A stretch of 64,000 bases of DNA from NCBI RefSeq assembly GCF_009914755.1, contig NC_060927.1; one strand, written 5' to 3'. Below are positions 1-17,337 of this stretch, one piece after another. The notes under the pieces were generated by a model, which worked only from the letters and a program-made list of their open reading frames with translations, had not been told where the DNA came from and made no database searches. Within the stretch, counting starts at the first letter, position 1, and every line of letters begins with the position of its first letter. Origin of the DNA: the human T2T-CHM13v2.0 reference genome, Homo sapiens. Made by a program: the position numbers and the translations under genes.

Positions 1-110
1 GGGGAGAAAAACCCCTTTGAGAATCTAAAGAAAGCTACAGCTTCCCAGAGATATGAGACACATCACACTTTGCATCAAAATTTCAGGGGTTTCAAGAACA
101 TTTGAAGAAC
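1..110 (+). mobile_element. hAT-Charlie DNA transposon relic (Charlie4z-like), cut by window edge
   Basis: 'cccctttgagaatctaaagaaagcta...tttgcatcaaaatttcagggg' matches the related copies at ~34093 and ~47040; family name from recall. Confidence 0.55.
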
Positions 111-124
111 CTTCTAAGAATATA

Positions 125-541
<417 letters not shown>

Positions 542-1726
542 TGGGCTGTTCCATTTCTAAGCCTCGCCCTCAATCTACTGAATGAAACCTATCCCTGGGT
601 TTGCTAACAGTCTCAGTGCAGTAAGAGTTTAATAGGTAAGAGGTGGAGGAGAGATTAAATTAGAGTTGAAAAGGCAGTGGGAGGTGCGGAGGAAATACAC
701 TTTACTTACAAAGTTCTCAGTTCATTCATGACACAATCGATACTGGACAAAACATTTGTCTCTTTTCATTTTATAAACTGTTGAATTCTTTAAAGTAATT
801 ATTTTTTCTTATCATTAGTATGCCCAATTTGACATATAATTTCAAATTTCCCACATTTTCTTAATTTATTTAATGATGGATGATAGGTAAAAATAATGTA
901 TATGTGCGAATGAATTAGGTAAAATAACATTTCTGACAATAAAGGCATGCGTGCTTCCTAGATGGGTAGGTATTTTCTCAAGACCACACAATACCAGTCG
1001 CTACTATTGACCACTAAACTGGGGCTCTACATCTGTGATCACACAAGTTCTCACAGTGAACTTGTGACACAGACATTGCTCCATTTCGCAGATTCAAAAC
1101 AAACAAAACAAAATTGAAGCTAAGGGGTTCAGTAACTGGAAAAGGTTGCACAGCTGGTGCATCTGGAGCCAAGATACCTCCTCAGGTTACCTGTGCTCTT
1201 TGTGGCATAAAGTACATGCTTAAAGTATATCGTGATGATCCTCAGCTGCAGGGAGCTATGCCAGAAAGCTCTTATTTCTGCAACCAAAAAACATGCCAGG
1301 AAAATGAAAGAGAGTGTGAGAAAGAGAGAGAGCTAGAGAGAAGAAGGCTGGTGCATAATGTTAAAAATATACAAGGTTGTATTCAAGGCAAAAACAGCAA
1401 AATGGACACATCTTATTAGCAAAGGAAGCCATCAAAATGTCTAAAGCATAAGTATAGGGAATACAGCAGGTTATAAAGATCACAGCACGGGGAGACCTTA
1501 ATTCACCTCTCTCAAAACATGACAGGTCAGTAAGGGTGATGGGGATTAATTAACTCAATTAATAATGTAGACCCAGTTAAGACATATTAAAGGCTATAAT
1601 CTGCAAGTGCTCTCTTCCAGTGCCAACATGTCATTTACACAACATAGCCACATGCTTCCTTTCCTTATTTGGTCACCCATCTTGTGAGGGTGCGGAGTAC
1701 CTGCGACGGGCACTGAGGGGAGCCCT

Positions 1727-2104
1727 GGATTATTCTCCTGGGGCTGCTACAACAAAATGCCATAAACTGGGTGGCTTAAACAGTAGCTGTGTTTCTCACA
1801 CTTCTGGAGGCAAGAAGCTCCAGGTTCAGGTCCAACAGTGTCCGTTTCTGGTGAGGGCTCTCTTCCTGGTTTGCACATGGCCACCTTCTCATGTTATCCT
1901 CATATGGTGGAGAGAGCAAGCCACATCTAGTGTCTCTTGCTCCTGTATAAGGCCACTTTCAGCTCAGTTCTATCAGATCAGGGCTCCGAACTTAAGACCT
2001 CACTTCACTTTAATCACTTCCTTGAATGCCCAATCTCTAATACACATGGGGGGTTAGGGCTTCAACATATAAATTGAAGGAGAGGCTATATTCAGTTCAT
2101 AATA
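1727..2104 (-). mobile_element. MaLR solo LTR (MLT1A/MST-like)
   Basis: 'gggctgctacaacaaaatgccataaactgggtggcttaaac...tctggtgagggctctcttcctggtttgca...gggttagggcttcaacatat'. Confidence 0.8.
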
Positions 2105-2359
2105 CCTTTCATTAGCAAGAGCCCTTCTTTAAGAATTGTCTTCTCTTCTCTCTACACACTCAGAAACCTTCCTAAACCCCATTCAGGAAGATCAGTCCCC
2201 TCAGTCAGTATGTCTGTTCCCTAGAGTGATCATGCCTGTGCATCAGTGAACTGCGTTTGTATCAGAGTTACTTTGATATTAACGTACTAACAATTCAATG
2301 GTAGTCAAAATAATAGTTATAATGATAATAATAATGAGGAGTGGGAGGAGGTTGAAGAA

Positions 2360-2560
2360 ACAATACTATTAAGCACAGAGCTTAATATGTGCTAAACACA
2401 GTGCTAAGTACTTAACACACATAATCATCACAAGTCTTTGAGACAGACGCTACAATTCTCTCCATTTCACAAAGGGTGCCAAGGTACGCAGAGGATAAGC
2501 GACTTGTTGGAAGTCAAAAGGCTGAACCTATTCTAGCAGCCCTTGCTCTGAACAACTGCG
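2360..2560 (-). mobile_element. MIR
   Basis: 'atgtgctaaacacagtgctaagtactt...ccatttcacaaag' antisense MIR core. Confidence 0.65.
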
Positions 2561-3229
2561 TCTCATACCATGCTTATACTACCACTATTCCTTCCTGCTG
2601 AGCCAGATTAATTTGCATTTTGGACAAGAAGTACATAAATAAATGATGCCTCAATCCAACTAGCTCCTTACAAAACTGTCAATTAAAAAATAGTGTTGCC
2701 ACCTTCAAAGGCCAAATGATGTTCCAGCCCTCCTGCCGCTAGGATATGTGCATTCCGTAGTTTTCTTCAGAGAGTACATAACTCTTGAGGAGCCCTCTGC
2801 CCACTTACTCAGTTTACTAACTGGATTCTGAGTGGGGTACTGACTTCTTTAACTCAAGGCTGGGCTGAGTGTGTCAGGTAGAGATCTAGGAAGCTTCCGC
2901 GACCTTAAAAAGAATGCCACCTCTTTCCTGCTGTTCAGTGAAATGGAGTCTGGTTTGGGCTAGATCGATCCTTTCCACCTGTCTTAGCTGTAGAGGGGAA
3001 AGGAGCTTCCTTGCTGTAGTTACTTGGGCAGCATAATTTGGGTAGATTTCTAAGTGGCTGCAGTGTCTGTTCGTTTGCCAGGGTGGTGATGTGAAAAGGT
3101 CAAACCAGTGATCCCCTCACACCTGGTTTGGCCAGCACAGGTGCTAACAGCCTAAAGAAGCGACACCCAACTATGCCTGCTCAACCCTCCTTTGTGCTTA
3201 GCCACTTGTGGACTGGGATCCCATGGCAC

Positions 3230-5480
3230 TGCCTCTTCCACTGCTCATCCTTACAATATTAAAATCATGCACAAACTCCCTTCCACCCTTAATCACACCC
3301 AGCTGACTAAACCTCAACTTCTGGTTAAAGGCAGATTTTTGTTTACTCTCTGCCTCCCTCCAAGCAGCTAAACATGGTTGGAGCAAAACACCCAACTAGC
3401 TCACCAGTCACATTTGAATTCGTGACGGTACATCTGTTTCAAATGGGCACTACCCACGACCGGATGCTCTCACTCCACTTCCACTGTATGTCACTTTCTT
3501 GATCTCCAAAACACCTACCTCATACCTTCCCTCTCCACCTCTTCAGCGCATGACCCCATCTCTTCAGTGCATGCACTTGTAGCTTCACCAGCATCACAAA
3601 GGGGTGCCTCCATCTTCCCACAAAACCTACTGACCTGCCTCATCTGTACTCCCTCTCTCAGTCCCCTCCTCTGATGCCCTCATGCAGTGTCCCTGTGCTG
3701 TCAAAAGCAGTCCTTCTGCATGTGCCCCCTCCTGCCCCTCTCTCACCTCCTCAAGGACTTTGCTCCCGAATTTATAGAGTTGATACCTCCCTCTCTTGCA
3801 TCAGTAGTCCTTTCCCCTCTACGGGATCATTCCCAAGCACACAGGCAATCCTTAATACTTTTATTTTAAAAGACCTTCTCTCTCGAGTCACCTCTCTGAA
3901 CATCACTCACTTTTCCTCCTGTCCTGCACAGTAAAACTCCTTCAGTTACTCTCCAGTGCTCCTGGATTATGCTTTCTAGTGACATTCTTTCCTCAAACAG
4001 ATGCCAGGGTGGATTCCTTCCCCACCATAAGAGGGCTCTTCTTGAGGCCAGCAGGAGCCTTCTTGAGGCCGAGTCAGATGTTTGCCCTCCCATTCTCATC
4101 TTACTGATTCACCCAACCATGAGTTCTTGAAACCCATTCTCTGAGCTCTCCTGGACCCCTGGCTCCCTCGGTTTCCTATTCCCTCATGAGTGCTCCTTCT
4201 TCCTCCTAGCTGGTGATTCCTCCTCTCCCCACCTTCTTCCATCTTTGCATGCCCTAGCACTTGTTCCTGAGACCCCTTCTCTCTCCACTGCCCTCCCTCC
4301 CTAAGTCATCTCTTTCAGTCCTCCAGCTTGAAAAGTCACCTATGTGCTGATGACTCCCAAGTTCACCACTGCAGCCAAACTCCTCCACTAAGCTCCAGAC
4401 TCATAGATCCTGCTGTTACTTTACTTACCCACATGCATGTACTAGAGGTTAGAGGTGTCTCAATCTTAACACGCCCCTATTTTCTGTATTTTCTCCTTCT
4501 ATTCAGCTTCTCCCTGTTTTCTCATCTCAGTAAACAGCCTCACCAGCCCCAGCACCATCACCCCGTAGCATAAGCCAAATGATTATGAACCACCTTTGAC
4601 TCCTCTCTTACTCACCCCATGTCCAAACTCCCAGAAAGTCCTACTGACTATACCTCCAGGACACATTCAGAATTTTTCTGCTACGTTCTATCCCCACCAC
4701 TAGCCTTAGTAGAAGCCATGAGATTCCCCCCAACTCCAGCAGCCTGATCAAGGGTCTCTGGGCTGCTCCTCACTGCCCCACCCTGTCCCTGAATTCATCT
4801 TCCTTATGAATAACAGGTGTGCTGTGTCACTTGGCTCGTCTTCCAACTTACTTTGAAAAGAGGAAAAAACATAAGATTTCTCAATGGGTGAGTGAAATGG
4901 CTAGGTATATGATCAAGAAAATTCAGTCAAATGTTAGTTGTGAATTTAGGTGATAAATATATGGAAGTTCAATTGTAAAATTCTTTCAATTCTTTTTTAT
5001 ATTTGAGAATTTTTCATAATAAAATTCTGAGAAAACAAACTTTAAAACAAACCTTCCCATTGTACTTAAGAAAAAAAAAAATCCAAGCTCTTTCCCTGGA
5101 CTTTGAAAATCTATAGGCTCTTCTCCTGCCTTCCTGTCCAACCCCCCAGCAGCCACCGCCCTTCATCTGCAGAGGGCTTCGTTCCAGCCTTCAACACGCC
5201 AGCCTTGTTCCTACCCCAGGGCCTTGGCACTGGCTGTTCCTCTGCCTGGAATGCTCTTCCCCAGGGCCTCCTCCTGGATGGCACCTTTTGCTGTTCAGGT
5301 CTCAACTGATATGTCACCTCGTAAAAAAACAACTTTCTTGGCCACCAAAGCTGAGTATTCCCCCAGTTTCTTCCTAGCACATGATTTTATTTTCACTGGA
5401 GCACTTACCATTACCTGCCTTGTCCTGTCTTCATCATCTGTCTTTGACAATGAGAATATAAGTTCTATAACAAAACAAAA
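3230..5480 (+). mobile_element. L2 relic interrupted by an L1ME 3' fragment (~4900-5040)
   Basis: Pyrimidine-rich L2 hallmarks 'atgtgctgatgactcccaa' and 'ctctgcctggaatgctcttcccc'; AT-rich L1ME-like insert 'tatatttgagaatttttcataataaaa'. Confidence 0.7.
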
Positions 5481-5699
5481 CAAAACAAAACAGAAGTTTG
5501 GTCTTTATTCACTCTTGTGCCCCGGTACTCACTACATGTCTGTGAATAAGTAATTGTCACAACAGCTGCCACTATGAAGCAAGTATAAACATCCTCATTT
5601 TACACAAGAAGCTTAACCTCTACAGCCCCAGTTTCCTTGTTTGCAAAGCAAGGCTATCAATACCTACATCATTACTGAGAAATTCCAGGGCTTGCATTC

Positions 5700-5940
5700 A
5701 AAATAGTTTATTTGGTCATTTCCATTTGTTACACATTTATCATATTCCAGGCGCCAGGCCAACATTTAATTTAGCCTCAAAAGGTCCCTGTGAGGTTGAT
5801 ATTGTTTCCATTTTACTGAAGAGAAAGTTAAGGCGTGTGGAGATGAAGTCTGGGGCCCGAGGTCCCGCAGCCAGTCAGCAGCAGAGCAGTGTTCATATCC
5901 TTCTCTTTGTCTTGGTAACCTCTACACTCAGTTGCCCACT
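5700..5940 (-). mobile_element. MIR
   Basis: 'ccctgtgaggttgatattgtttccattttactgaagagaaagttaaggc'. Confidence 0.6.
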
Positions 5941-6050
5941 GTCTGTGCTCCGCTATCAAGCTCATCAAGCATGTAAGTGTGGACGCAAGGCACGCACGCC
6001 ATTTCCTTCTTTCCTGGTTTTATCTACACCATCTCAGGATCCTCCATTGA

Positions 6051-6497
<447 letters not shown>

Positions 6498-7084
6498 TGA
6501 AATGAAGGCTCTTTCCTAAGAGCCTTCCGGATCCAGTAAATCTGAACATTTGGAAGGACAGCCCTGGATTAGCACGAAGGAAAAGAAAATCTACCCAGGC
6601 CTGGAAGGAATAATGGTTACAGGAGGAACAAGAATAACAGGAAGTGATGTTGGTTATGTGCTTCTAATGTATCGAGGATGTCACTAAACATTCTGACTGT
6701 TCCCAGTGGCCAACTTAATGGCCGGGCAGGGTGTGAAGCAGTTGGCCTCATTTCAAAACCCAGCACCTTACTCACCTCCAACACCGACTTTGCAGCAGGA
6801 ACTCAGAGCCCTGCCCTTCCAACCGGTGTCATCTCTCCAGTGCAGTGAATGCAGCACTGATGTTGCCTGACTATGCTAGAGAGGAAGTCCCTTGAGGTGA
6901 GGGGAAGACCCTTGCTTCTGTATTCCTGTGGCTCACACAGTGGCTGGGACAGAAAGATCTTCAGCCAACCACCCGCCCCTTGCTTACCATCCCCCCACCT
7001 CCATCTCCTTCAAGCTTTTATCACCCCTCACTGGAGGGACAGCCTCCAGAGCCACCCAGCCCTCAGAGGTAGGAATAAATCTTT

Positions 7085-7300
7085 AAGTTAGATAGATGGG
7101 AATTTGAGTCCTGGCTTTGTGATTTATAAACCATGTAGCTTTGGCTCAATTCCTTAACCTACCTGAAATCCTGCTGTCTTCTCACCTATAAGCAGGGATA
7201 ACAGAAGGCCTCACAACAGGATGATTGTAAAGAGTAAAGGATGGAATGTAGGTCAAGTGTAAAGCTGGTGTCTGGCACACAGGAAGCACTCGCTAACACA
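7085..7300 (+). mobile_element. MIR
   Basis: 'gagtcctggctttgtga..ccttaacctacctg..tctggcacacaggaagcactc'. Confidence 0.65.
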
Positions 7301-7434
7301 ATCCATTATTTGCGGCCGAGGTATGGATGCTATACGATAGAAATACATTTCACTCATAGACATCTTAGAGTATCTCGTGTTCCTATTAAAAACCTCAAAG
7401 GGCTCCCTGTGTCTACCAAATAAAGCTCAAAGTC

Positions 7435-7742
<308 letters not shown>

Positions 7743-8578
7743 GCCTCAAGACCTTAGCTTGTAGCCATGTTCTGACTCATCTTACCCTCCCAGAACTCCT
7801 GCAGAACCAGCTCTCGTGCATCCCCTCCGTGTTGCCCACAGACTCCAGTCTGAGCAGCAAGGCCTGAGCCTCACACTGCCCCTTTCCAGATCAGCAATAC
7901 AAATTCCCAACCACATGGTAGGCATCTTAAGTGGATGCAGACCATTGCCCCATGGACATGTATGAAAACCGTTTTGGTGAAAGCATGTGGCACGAGGCCT
8001 GACAAACACCATGGAACTCTCCTAATGAACTGCAGTTTGGAACTAGGACTGCTTTTTGGTTTTAGAAAGAATGAAATTATTCCAAGATCTGATGATGGAA
8101 AACCATCTGGCGTGGGGAGGTGATAGGTGCTGTTATTCTTGAAAGGACAAGGTTTTGGAAGAAAACTTCTAAACCCACCAGAATTAAAGTGCAGGCTTTG
8201 TTTGTAAACTCATAAGATTATGGGTTTAGAATTAATTTGAGTTGAATCCTTTCCAGTTACCAGTAACTTAATGCTTGGGCCCATTATGCAATCATGACTC
8301 AGTATGTCCTTCAGAATGCCACTTTCAAACACAGTAGGAATTAAAAGACAGACTTTGTAAATATCTGAAATTGCCAGTTTAAGATTAATTTGATTCATTT
8401 GCTTGCTGGTTGGGTGTAACTTATGAGAGTTGGAGTTTTTCTGTAATCTTATATATCACTCAGGAGTCTTTTAAAGAATTCATTTGGAAAAAAAGGAGAG
8501 AGGAATTTAGTGAATCCACTGCTGAAAATATTATTAGTAAGTAATAATAGAGAAAGGGGGAAAAAAAAGACAGAATAA

Positions 8579-8916
<338 letters not shown>

Positions 8917-8984
8917 TAAACTTCGCAGTCTAAACACCATAATTTATAGATATAGACTGCTGTATTTAGTTATATTATTGTACC

Positions 8985-9930
8985 TGATTAATTTTTGAAA
9001 ATAGCTTTATTGAGATATAATTCACATACCACACAATTCACTCATTTAAAGTGTACAGTTCAATAGTTGTTGTATGTTCCCAAAAAGAAACCCCATATCC
9101 ATTAGCAGTCACTCCCATTTCCCTCCTCCTCTCCACTCCCAATCCCCAGCCCTAGACAGCCACTAATCAACTTCTTGCCTCTATAGATTTGTCTGTTCTG
9201 AACATTTTATATAAATGTAGTCTTTCATGTCTGGCATCTTTCACCTAGCATAATGTTTCCAAGGTTCATTCATGTTGAAGCATGTAACAGTACTTCTTTC
9301 CTTTTTTATTGCTGAATAATATTCTATTGTGTGACTCAACCACATCCATTTATCCATCAGTTCATAGAAATTTGAGTTGCTGCTTTTTGACTATTATGAA
9401 CAATGCTGCTATGAACATTTGTGTACAAGTTTTTGTGCAGACATGCTTTCATTTCTCTTGGGCAGATACTTAGGAATAGAATTGTAAGATCATATGGCAA
9501 CACCATATTTAACATTTTGAGAAACTGCCAAACTGTTTTTCAAACTGGCTGCACCATTTTTCATTCCCACTAGCACTGTATGAGTATTCCAATTTCTTCA
9601 CATCCTTGCTGTTACTTGTTATTATCTATATCCTTTTTATTATAGCCATCCTAGGAGGTATCAAGTGGTATTTTATTGCGGTTTTGATTCACATTTCCCT
9701 AATGGCTAATGACACTGAGCACCTTTTTTTCATGTGCTCATTGGCCACTGTATATTTCCTTTGGAGAAAAGTCTGTTCAGACTCATTGCCCACTTTAAAA
9801 AAAGGGCTATTTTTCTTTTTATTGTTGAGTTGTAGCAGTTCTTTATATATCCTATATATAAGTCCCTTCTCAGATTTAAAATTTACAAATATTTTCTCCC
9901 ATTCTGTGGATTTGCTTAATTTTTTTTAAA
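8985..9930 (-). mobile_element. L1MB-like 3' end
   Basis: 'agctttattgagatataattcacataccacacaattcactcatttaaagtgtaca' and 'catttccctaatggctaatgac' are antisense L1MB 3' UTR/ORF2 end. Confidence 0.85.
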
Positions 9931-10399
9931 TATTAAACTCTGTTGCTTTCTTCTTAGAATTTCTAGCAACTCTCTGGCTTAAATAACACTTTAACATTTC
10001 TCTGTGGATGTTTTCAAGAACTTCAAACCTCTTGTGTCCATAACTGAACTTCTTATCCTCCTTTCTATTTCTAGATCTACTTCCTTGTAAATCTTATCTA
10101 TTTAGCCAATTGGCCAGCCAAGACAGAAACTAATTCCTCCTAATTCTTCTTTCTTTTCATCACTCCCCTTCAAATAGCCTCCTACCCCCTACCCCCCCAG
10201 ATTCTGTCAAACACAAAGTAGTGTTGTTTAATTTCTGCCTGTATTCAGGTCTTTGAAATTGTGCATTCTGCTACATCTACTATGAAAGTAGGTCATGTTT
10301 TCATCATCTCTCTTCTGAACTTTTTCAACAGCCTAATTCACAACCTTGTCTCCATTTGGGCCCTTCTAAATGCAAACACAAAGATGATACTTCCGTGGA

Positions 10400-10620
10400 A
10401 CACTATAGACTAACGGCTACAAGCACTGGGTCTGAAGCCGTACTTCCTTACTTTAAGTCTTGGCTCTACTATTTAACTTCTCAGTATCTCAACTTCCCAT
10501 CTGTAAAATGAGAAATGATAATATAGGGTTGTGCGAGGATTAAATGAATTCTTATATGAAAATGCTATGAACAGTGCCTTCTGTGAAATAAGCATTTGGT
10601 AAATGTGAGCTAATATTATT
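10400..10620 (+). mobile_element. MIR
   Basis: 'catctgtaaaatgagaaatgataatatagggttgtgcgaggattaaatga'. Confidence 0.75.
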
Positions 10621-12479
10621 ATAATAATTAGTTATTTTTTAAAAACTATGAATTAAATATTTTCCAAAGCTTTTTTTTTTCCTAACCTACAGAATAAAGT
10701 TGGAATGTTTTGCTTGGTACATAAGGCACTGTGAACCTTACATGATTTGCAGTATGAGCTGAGAAGAAGTTACCATGGCTAACAAAATCCTTAGAACAAT
10801 TTAATATCTTCACTTTTCAAAATGTGACACTGAGTTTAGAATTCTTTCTAGGTCTAACTTCTTTCTAGGTACTGTTGTTCTACTACTACTAGTGAACACG
10901 TGATAATGGGTTAGAGTAGCAAGCATTTTCTATGTACTGCCGCCTTAATTCTCAATTCTCTGAATTGCTATGCCCAACTTCAGAGTTGAGATAAATGAGA
11001 GGGTAAGCCTGTTGTCCAAGATCATACAATGAGGAAGAGGAGAACCCTGGAAATGGTCCCTAATTCTCTTGCTTACAAAGTCCTAAGCTCTTGGCCCTGC
11101 CTCAAGAAATTTCTGAAGAGGTGTCCACAGACAGACATTCTCAAAAGCAGTGTGGGAAAGAATTTCCAGTGCTTGTTTCATGTTTATAATTCCTGAACAG
11201 AAGAATACATCTTCCATCTGGGAAGTCTTCACACTATTATCCAGACATCTGAAAATTCCTGGGACTATTAAATTGTAAATGTAGCTTCTGAAAGTTCTTG
11301 CTTAACAGAAATATATTTCTTCTTGGGGGTAAGTGTCTTCCTTTGCTGGCTAGACTACTGTCGATTAACTCATTTGGCTGAAGCCAGTGGGTCTTAGACC
11401 CAACTTTCTTCTTTTCCCAGACAGCTCCTCACATATGGTGAGGGACCAGGGGAGGGTATAAGCAGTCAGAAGAGCCGTCTTTCTCTTTGAGATGTAACTA
11501 CGTATTCAGGAATTGATGAGTAACTCAGGGCCACCATCTTCACATGCCGAGGCAGCACATTCTTAACTGTGAGCACAAGAGGTGTTCATTATCCAAAGAT
11601 AATCGGTGCTGGGAAACTGCGACTTAATATGAGTCCATCAAAAATTGGGACTACATTTTCAAAATAAATGGTGAAAGACAGTTATTTGGGACTTTAACTT
11701 GAAAAACAAAGCTGGCAATTATGAAAACAAGTTTATTTATTTAACAAAATACAGGGCTAGGTTAAAATTCTGCTGTCCTAGAAAATACACAACAAGAATT
11801 GCGTGGTTTTTTTCCATTTTCTGACAAAATTTTATAATAGGAAAATTCAATTTGCCTTGAACTTTTGTGATATTGTCATAAAGTCTATGTCTCTCCATCA
11901 GTCTCTCTCTCTCTGTCTCCCTCTCTCTTTTTCAAAATTATTCAAAGATTTCATAAATTTTCCTGAGGGATTCTCTTAATCTTAACCTTTGGTATTCAAA
12001 TCATTCTCCTTTAAAGCCCCAATTATATTCTCAAATCTGATTGATTTTCTCTTTTGGTTTAACCCTAACTAATCCTCCTTGGTCCATGGCTTTGGGTACA
12101 GCTAACTTGATTCTTCAACTCTGAGGCACTCCAAGAACTACTGCATCAAATTTGGCAATTCAATTTTCGAATTTGCCTTGTATTTACATTGTGTTGTCTG
12201 ATATTTACATTATACAATCACCGCCATGAGACAAACCAACAAAGATGTTGACTGGATAGGTTGAGACAGGAAATGGTGTTGAATGGAGAGGGCTGTGTGA
12301 GAGCAGACGATTTTTAATGATCAGTATTTTAAATGTGCTATGCCTTTGCTTTCTTATGCAAACTCATAATTTCGGCACTTCTGATGTGACTCTCCCTTTA
12401 ATGGCATATGGCTTTCCAAATCCCAGCACAAAGGTTCATTTTGAACTCAGAACTTGAAGGCCTTCATATTACCTAGAGT

Positions 12480-13130
12480 TTGCTGAAATCCAAGCTTGTT
12501 TCCATGATCAACAAGTCCCAGCTGGGTTTCACAGCCCCTGTATTCTGCATCTTTATCCTCATCACACGCTTTGCCCCTTGCTCACTCTGCTGCAGCCACA
12601 CTGGTCTTCTTTATTCCTTGCTAAGCCCTTTCTGGCCTCTAGACTTCCATCTTGTTTGTTCCTTCTCTCTCATTGCAACCTCTGCCTCCTGTGTTCAAGT
12701 GGTTCTCCTGCCTCAGCCTCCTGAGTAGCTGGGACTGTAGGCATGCACCACCACACCTAGCTAATTTTTGTATTTTTATTAGAATCGGAGTTTCACCATA
12801 TTGGCCAGGATGGTCTCCCTCTCCTGACCTTGTGATCCACCCGCCTCGGCATCCCAAAGTGCTGGGATTACAGGCCTGAGCCACCGCATCTGGCCTGTTC
12901 CTTCTATCTTGAACACCCTTCCCATCAACTCTCTTCCTTCAGGGGTAGTTCACTATCAATTTCTTGGAAGACTTCTGCTGACCGCTGCACCTCAAAAGGC
13001 AATATCCCCCTCAATCACTCTTTTGCACACTCTTCTGTTTATCTCCTTAGCAGCATTTAATAAAATAAATAGAGATCTTGTTTACTTTTTTATTTCTCTG
13101 AGTCCGGGGTATGTTTCAGAAAAGCAAGAA
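12480..13130 (+). mobile_element. L2 relic split by an Alu
   Basis: 'ctcactctgctgcagccacactggtcttct' and 'ggaagacttctgctgacc' are L2 3' motifs. Confidence 0.55.
12669..12895 (-). mobile_element. AluSc-like, 3'-truncated with no poly-A tail
   Basis: Begins at 'ctcattgcaacc'; 'ccaggatggtctc..gaccttgtgatcc' diagnostics; flanking repeat tgttccttct(c/a)tct at 12657-12670 and 12896-12909. Confidence 0.9.
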
Positions 13131-14889
13131 CTTTGTTGAATCCTCCTTCACACACGCAAAGCCTATCTTAAACTTTGTTAAGTGGAAAGATGCAGTTTAC
13201 AATTTGCAAAGAGGTATATGGGAAGAGCTTAGGAGCAGAGCACCCAGACTCCCTGATTTGAAGAATTTAATCGAATCTTTTCCTTGGGGCCATTGGAAGA
13301 ATCTTTGCTTCTTCCTCCTGTATAGAAGCCAACTGAGATATTTTAGACTGTGGGGAGAGCTTCACAGAAAGATATCAAAGATTAGGGATTAAATACAAAG
13401 GAAGTTATTAATTTATGTACATTCCTTTGACCTAAGGTTTTTTGCCTTATTATCAAATTAATTATCTTATTTTGCCACTGAAGGGGAAGAGGGATATTAG
13501 AAGTGGTTTGGGGCTCATTGGTCATGATTTTTGTCAACTTCTGCTCCAAGGTCTGTAAGGTTTACTTCAAGGGCAATTTTTCCTACTTTTCTAAAGGCTA
13601 GTGAACATTGGGAATATCATGAGAAAAGTAATTTGTGAGCCATACTGGGTGATCCAAATCAAGTTCTGGTTGGTTCCAAAGGGAGACAGTCTCTAAGTCC
13701 TTGGAACAAAGGAATGGTAAAACTAAACAAGATACAGAAAGATCAGAAATCCATGTTTTCCATTGCTAAGGCCTCAGAAACCTATAAAAACAGTTGTTTT
13801 ACGGGAACACTTAGCAAAGAACTGCCCAAGTCCATTTTAAAGTCCCAAAATCCTTTGACATATGGCAATCATTATGTGTGCTCAGCTCTCTATCTTGCAC
13901 AACTCTTTCTTCTTCCCTCCCTCAAGGAAAGCATTACTGAGGCCCTACATTTACCGTATTTTACAAGAAGCACTTAGCAGCAGCAAGGCTCAAAAGCAGT
14001 CTCAAGAAGAGTAGCCCCAGCCAAGGACGCTGGGAGCACCAAAGCATTTCTTCTCAAGATGGAAGCCTTGAGGCAAAGCTGTTTCAGATTAGAAGGGGCA
14101 TACATTCCTCCTTGGGGCTTTACTTTAGAAGAAGGTTTAATGACTCAGATGTCCTAGGCAGCAAAGTGGGACACATTGTCTTGCTTGGCCCTTTCTAAAA
14201 GCATGAGGATATGTGGGCCTCATTGGCCTGTTGGGTTGTGTTGGAGTTTCCTAATGACCAGGTGATGGAAGTGACAGAAAAACAAGTCCAGGTGAACTGT
14301 TCAACATGTCTCCATGGTTCCCTTTGTCTCAAAGATGTGCCCTATTCTTCAGCACCAGCATACTCAAAAGAAGGTATTCCTGAGTTCCTGGAAGAACAGG
14401 TGGACGCTTTCCCCCACAGCCATCTTCCTCTGGCCTTCCTATAGGAACAGATGGCAGAACATATCCATGCTGTATTCTTGGAAAAACCTCCCCAATGCGG
14501 CTTTGATGTGGTTCTTCTCAGGAAAACCATCCAAAATGTCCCAGGGAAATAAAGATAGTTGAATCCAACTGTGTAAGGCCATGCAGCCCAGACTCACCTC
14601 TACCATGGAAGTTATAATATGTTCTCTCTCGACATTCCTTCTTGAACTTAGCCCAAACCAGGATGGGTGAGACCTACAAGAACCATATGATGTCCCACTT
14701 CAGAATTTGCCATCTGTCAATAAAATCCATCTTCCACAACACAATGCATGGGGAAAAAAAATCATGTGGATATTTGTTTTCCAAAAATATTCAGAGCTTC
14801 TATCAAAAGAGTACACAACATGCTCTAATTGTCTGCTAATGGAAATGCAAATTCCTACACCCTTCCTGGATGTCACAGTAGTCTTTTAA

Positions 14890-17337
<2,448 letters not shown>

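Noticed and set aside
4035-4075. Short duplications (cttcttgaggcc x2; also ~10843-10872 and ~21358-21395)
   Set aside because: Routine slippage-scale microduplications, not arrays
6765-6780. Isolated minus-strand consensus donors (also ~31977)
   Set aside because: No convincing paired acceptor or coding frame; such motifs occur by chance
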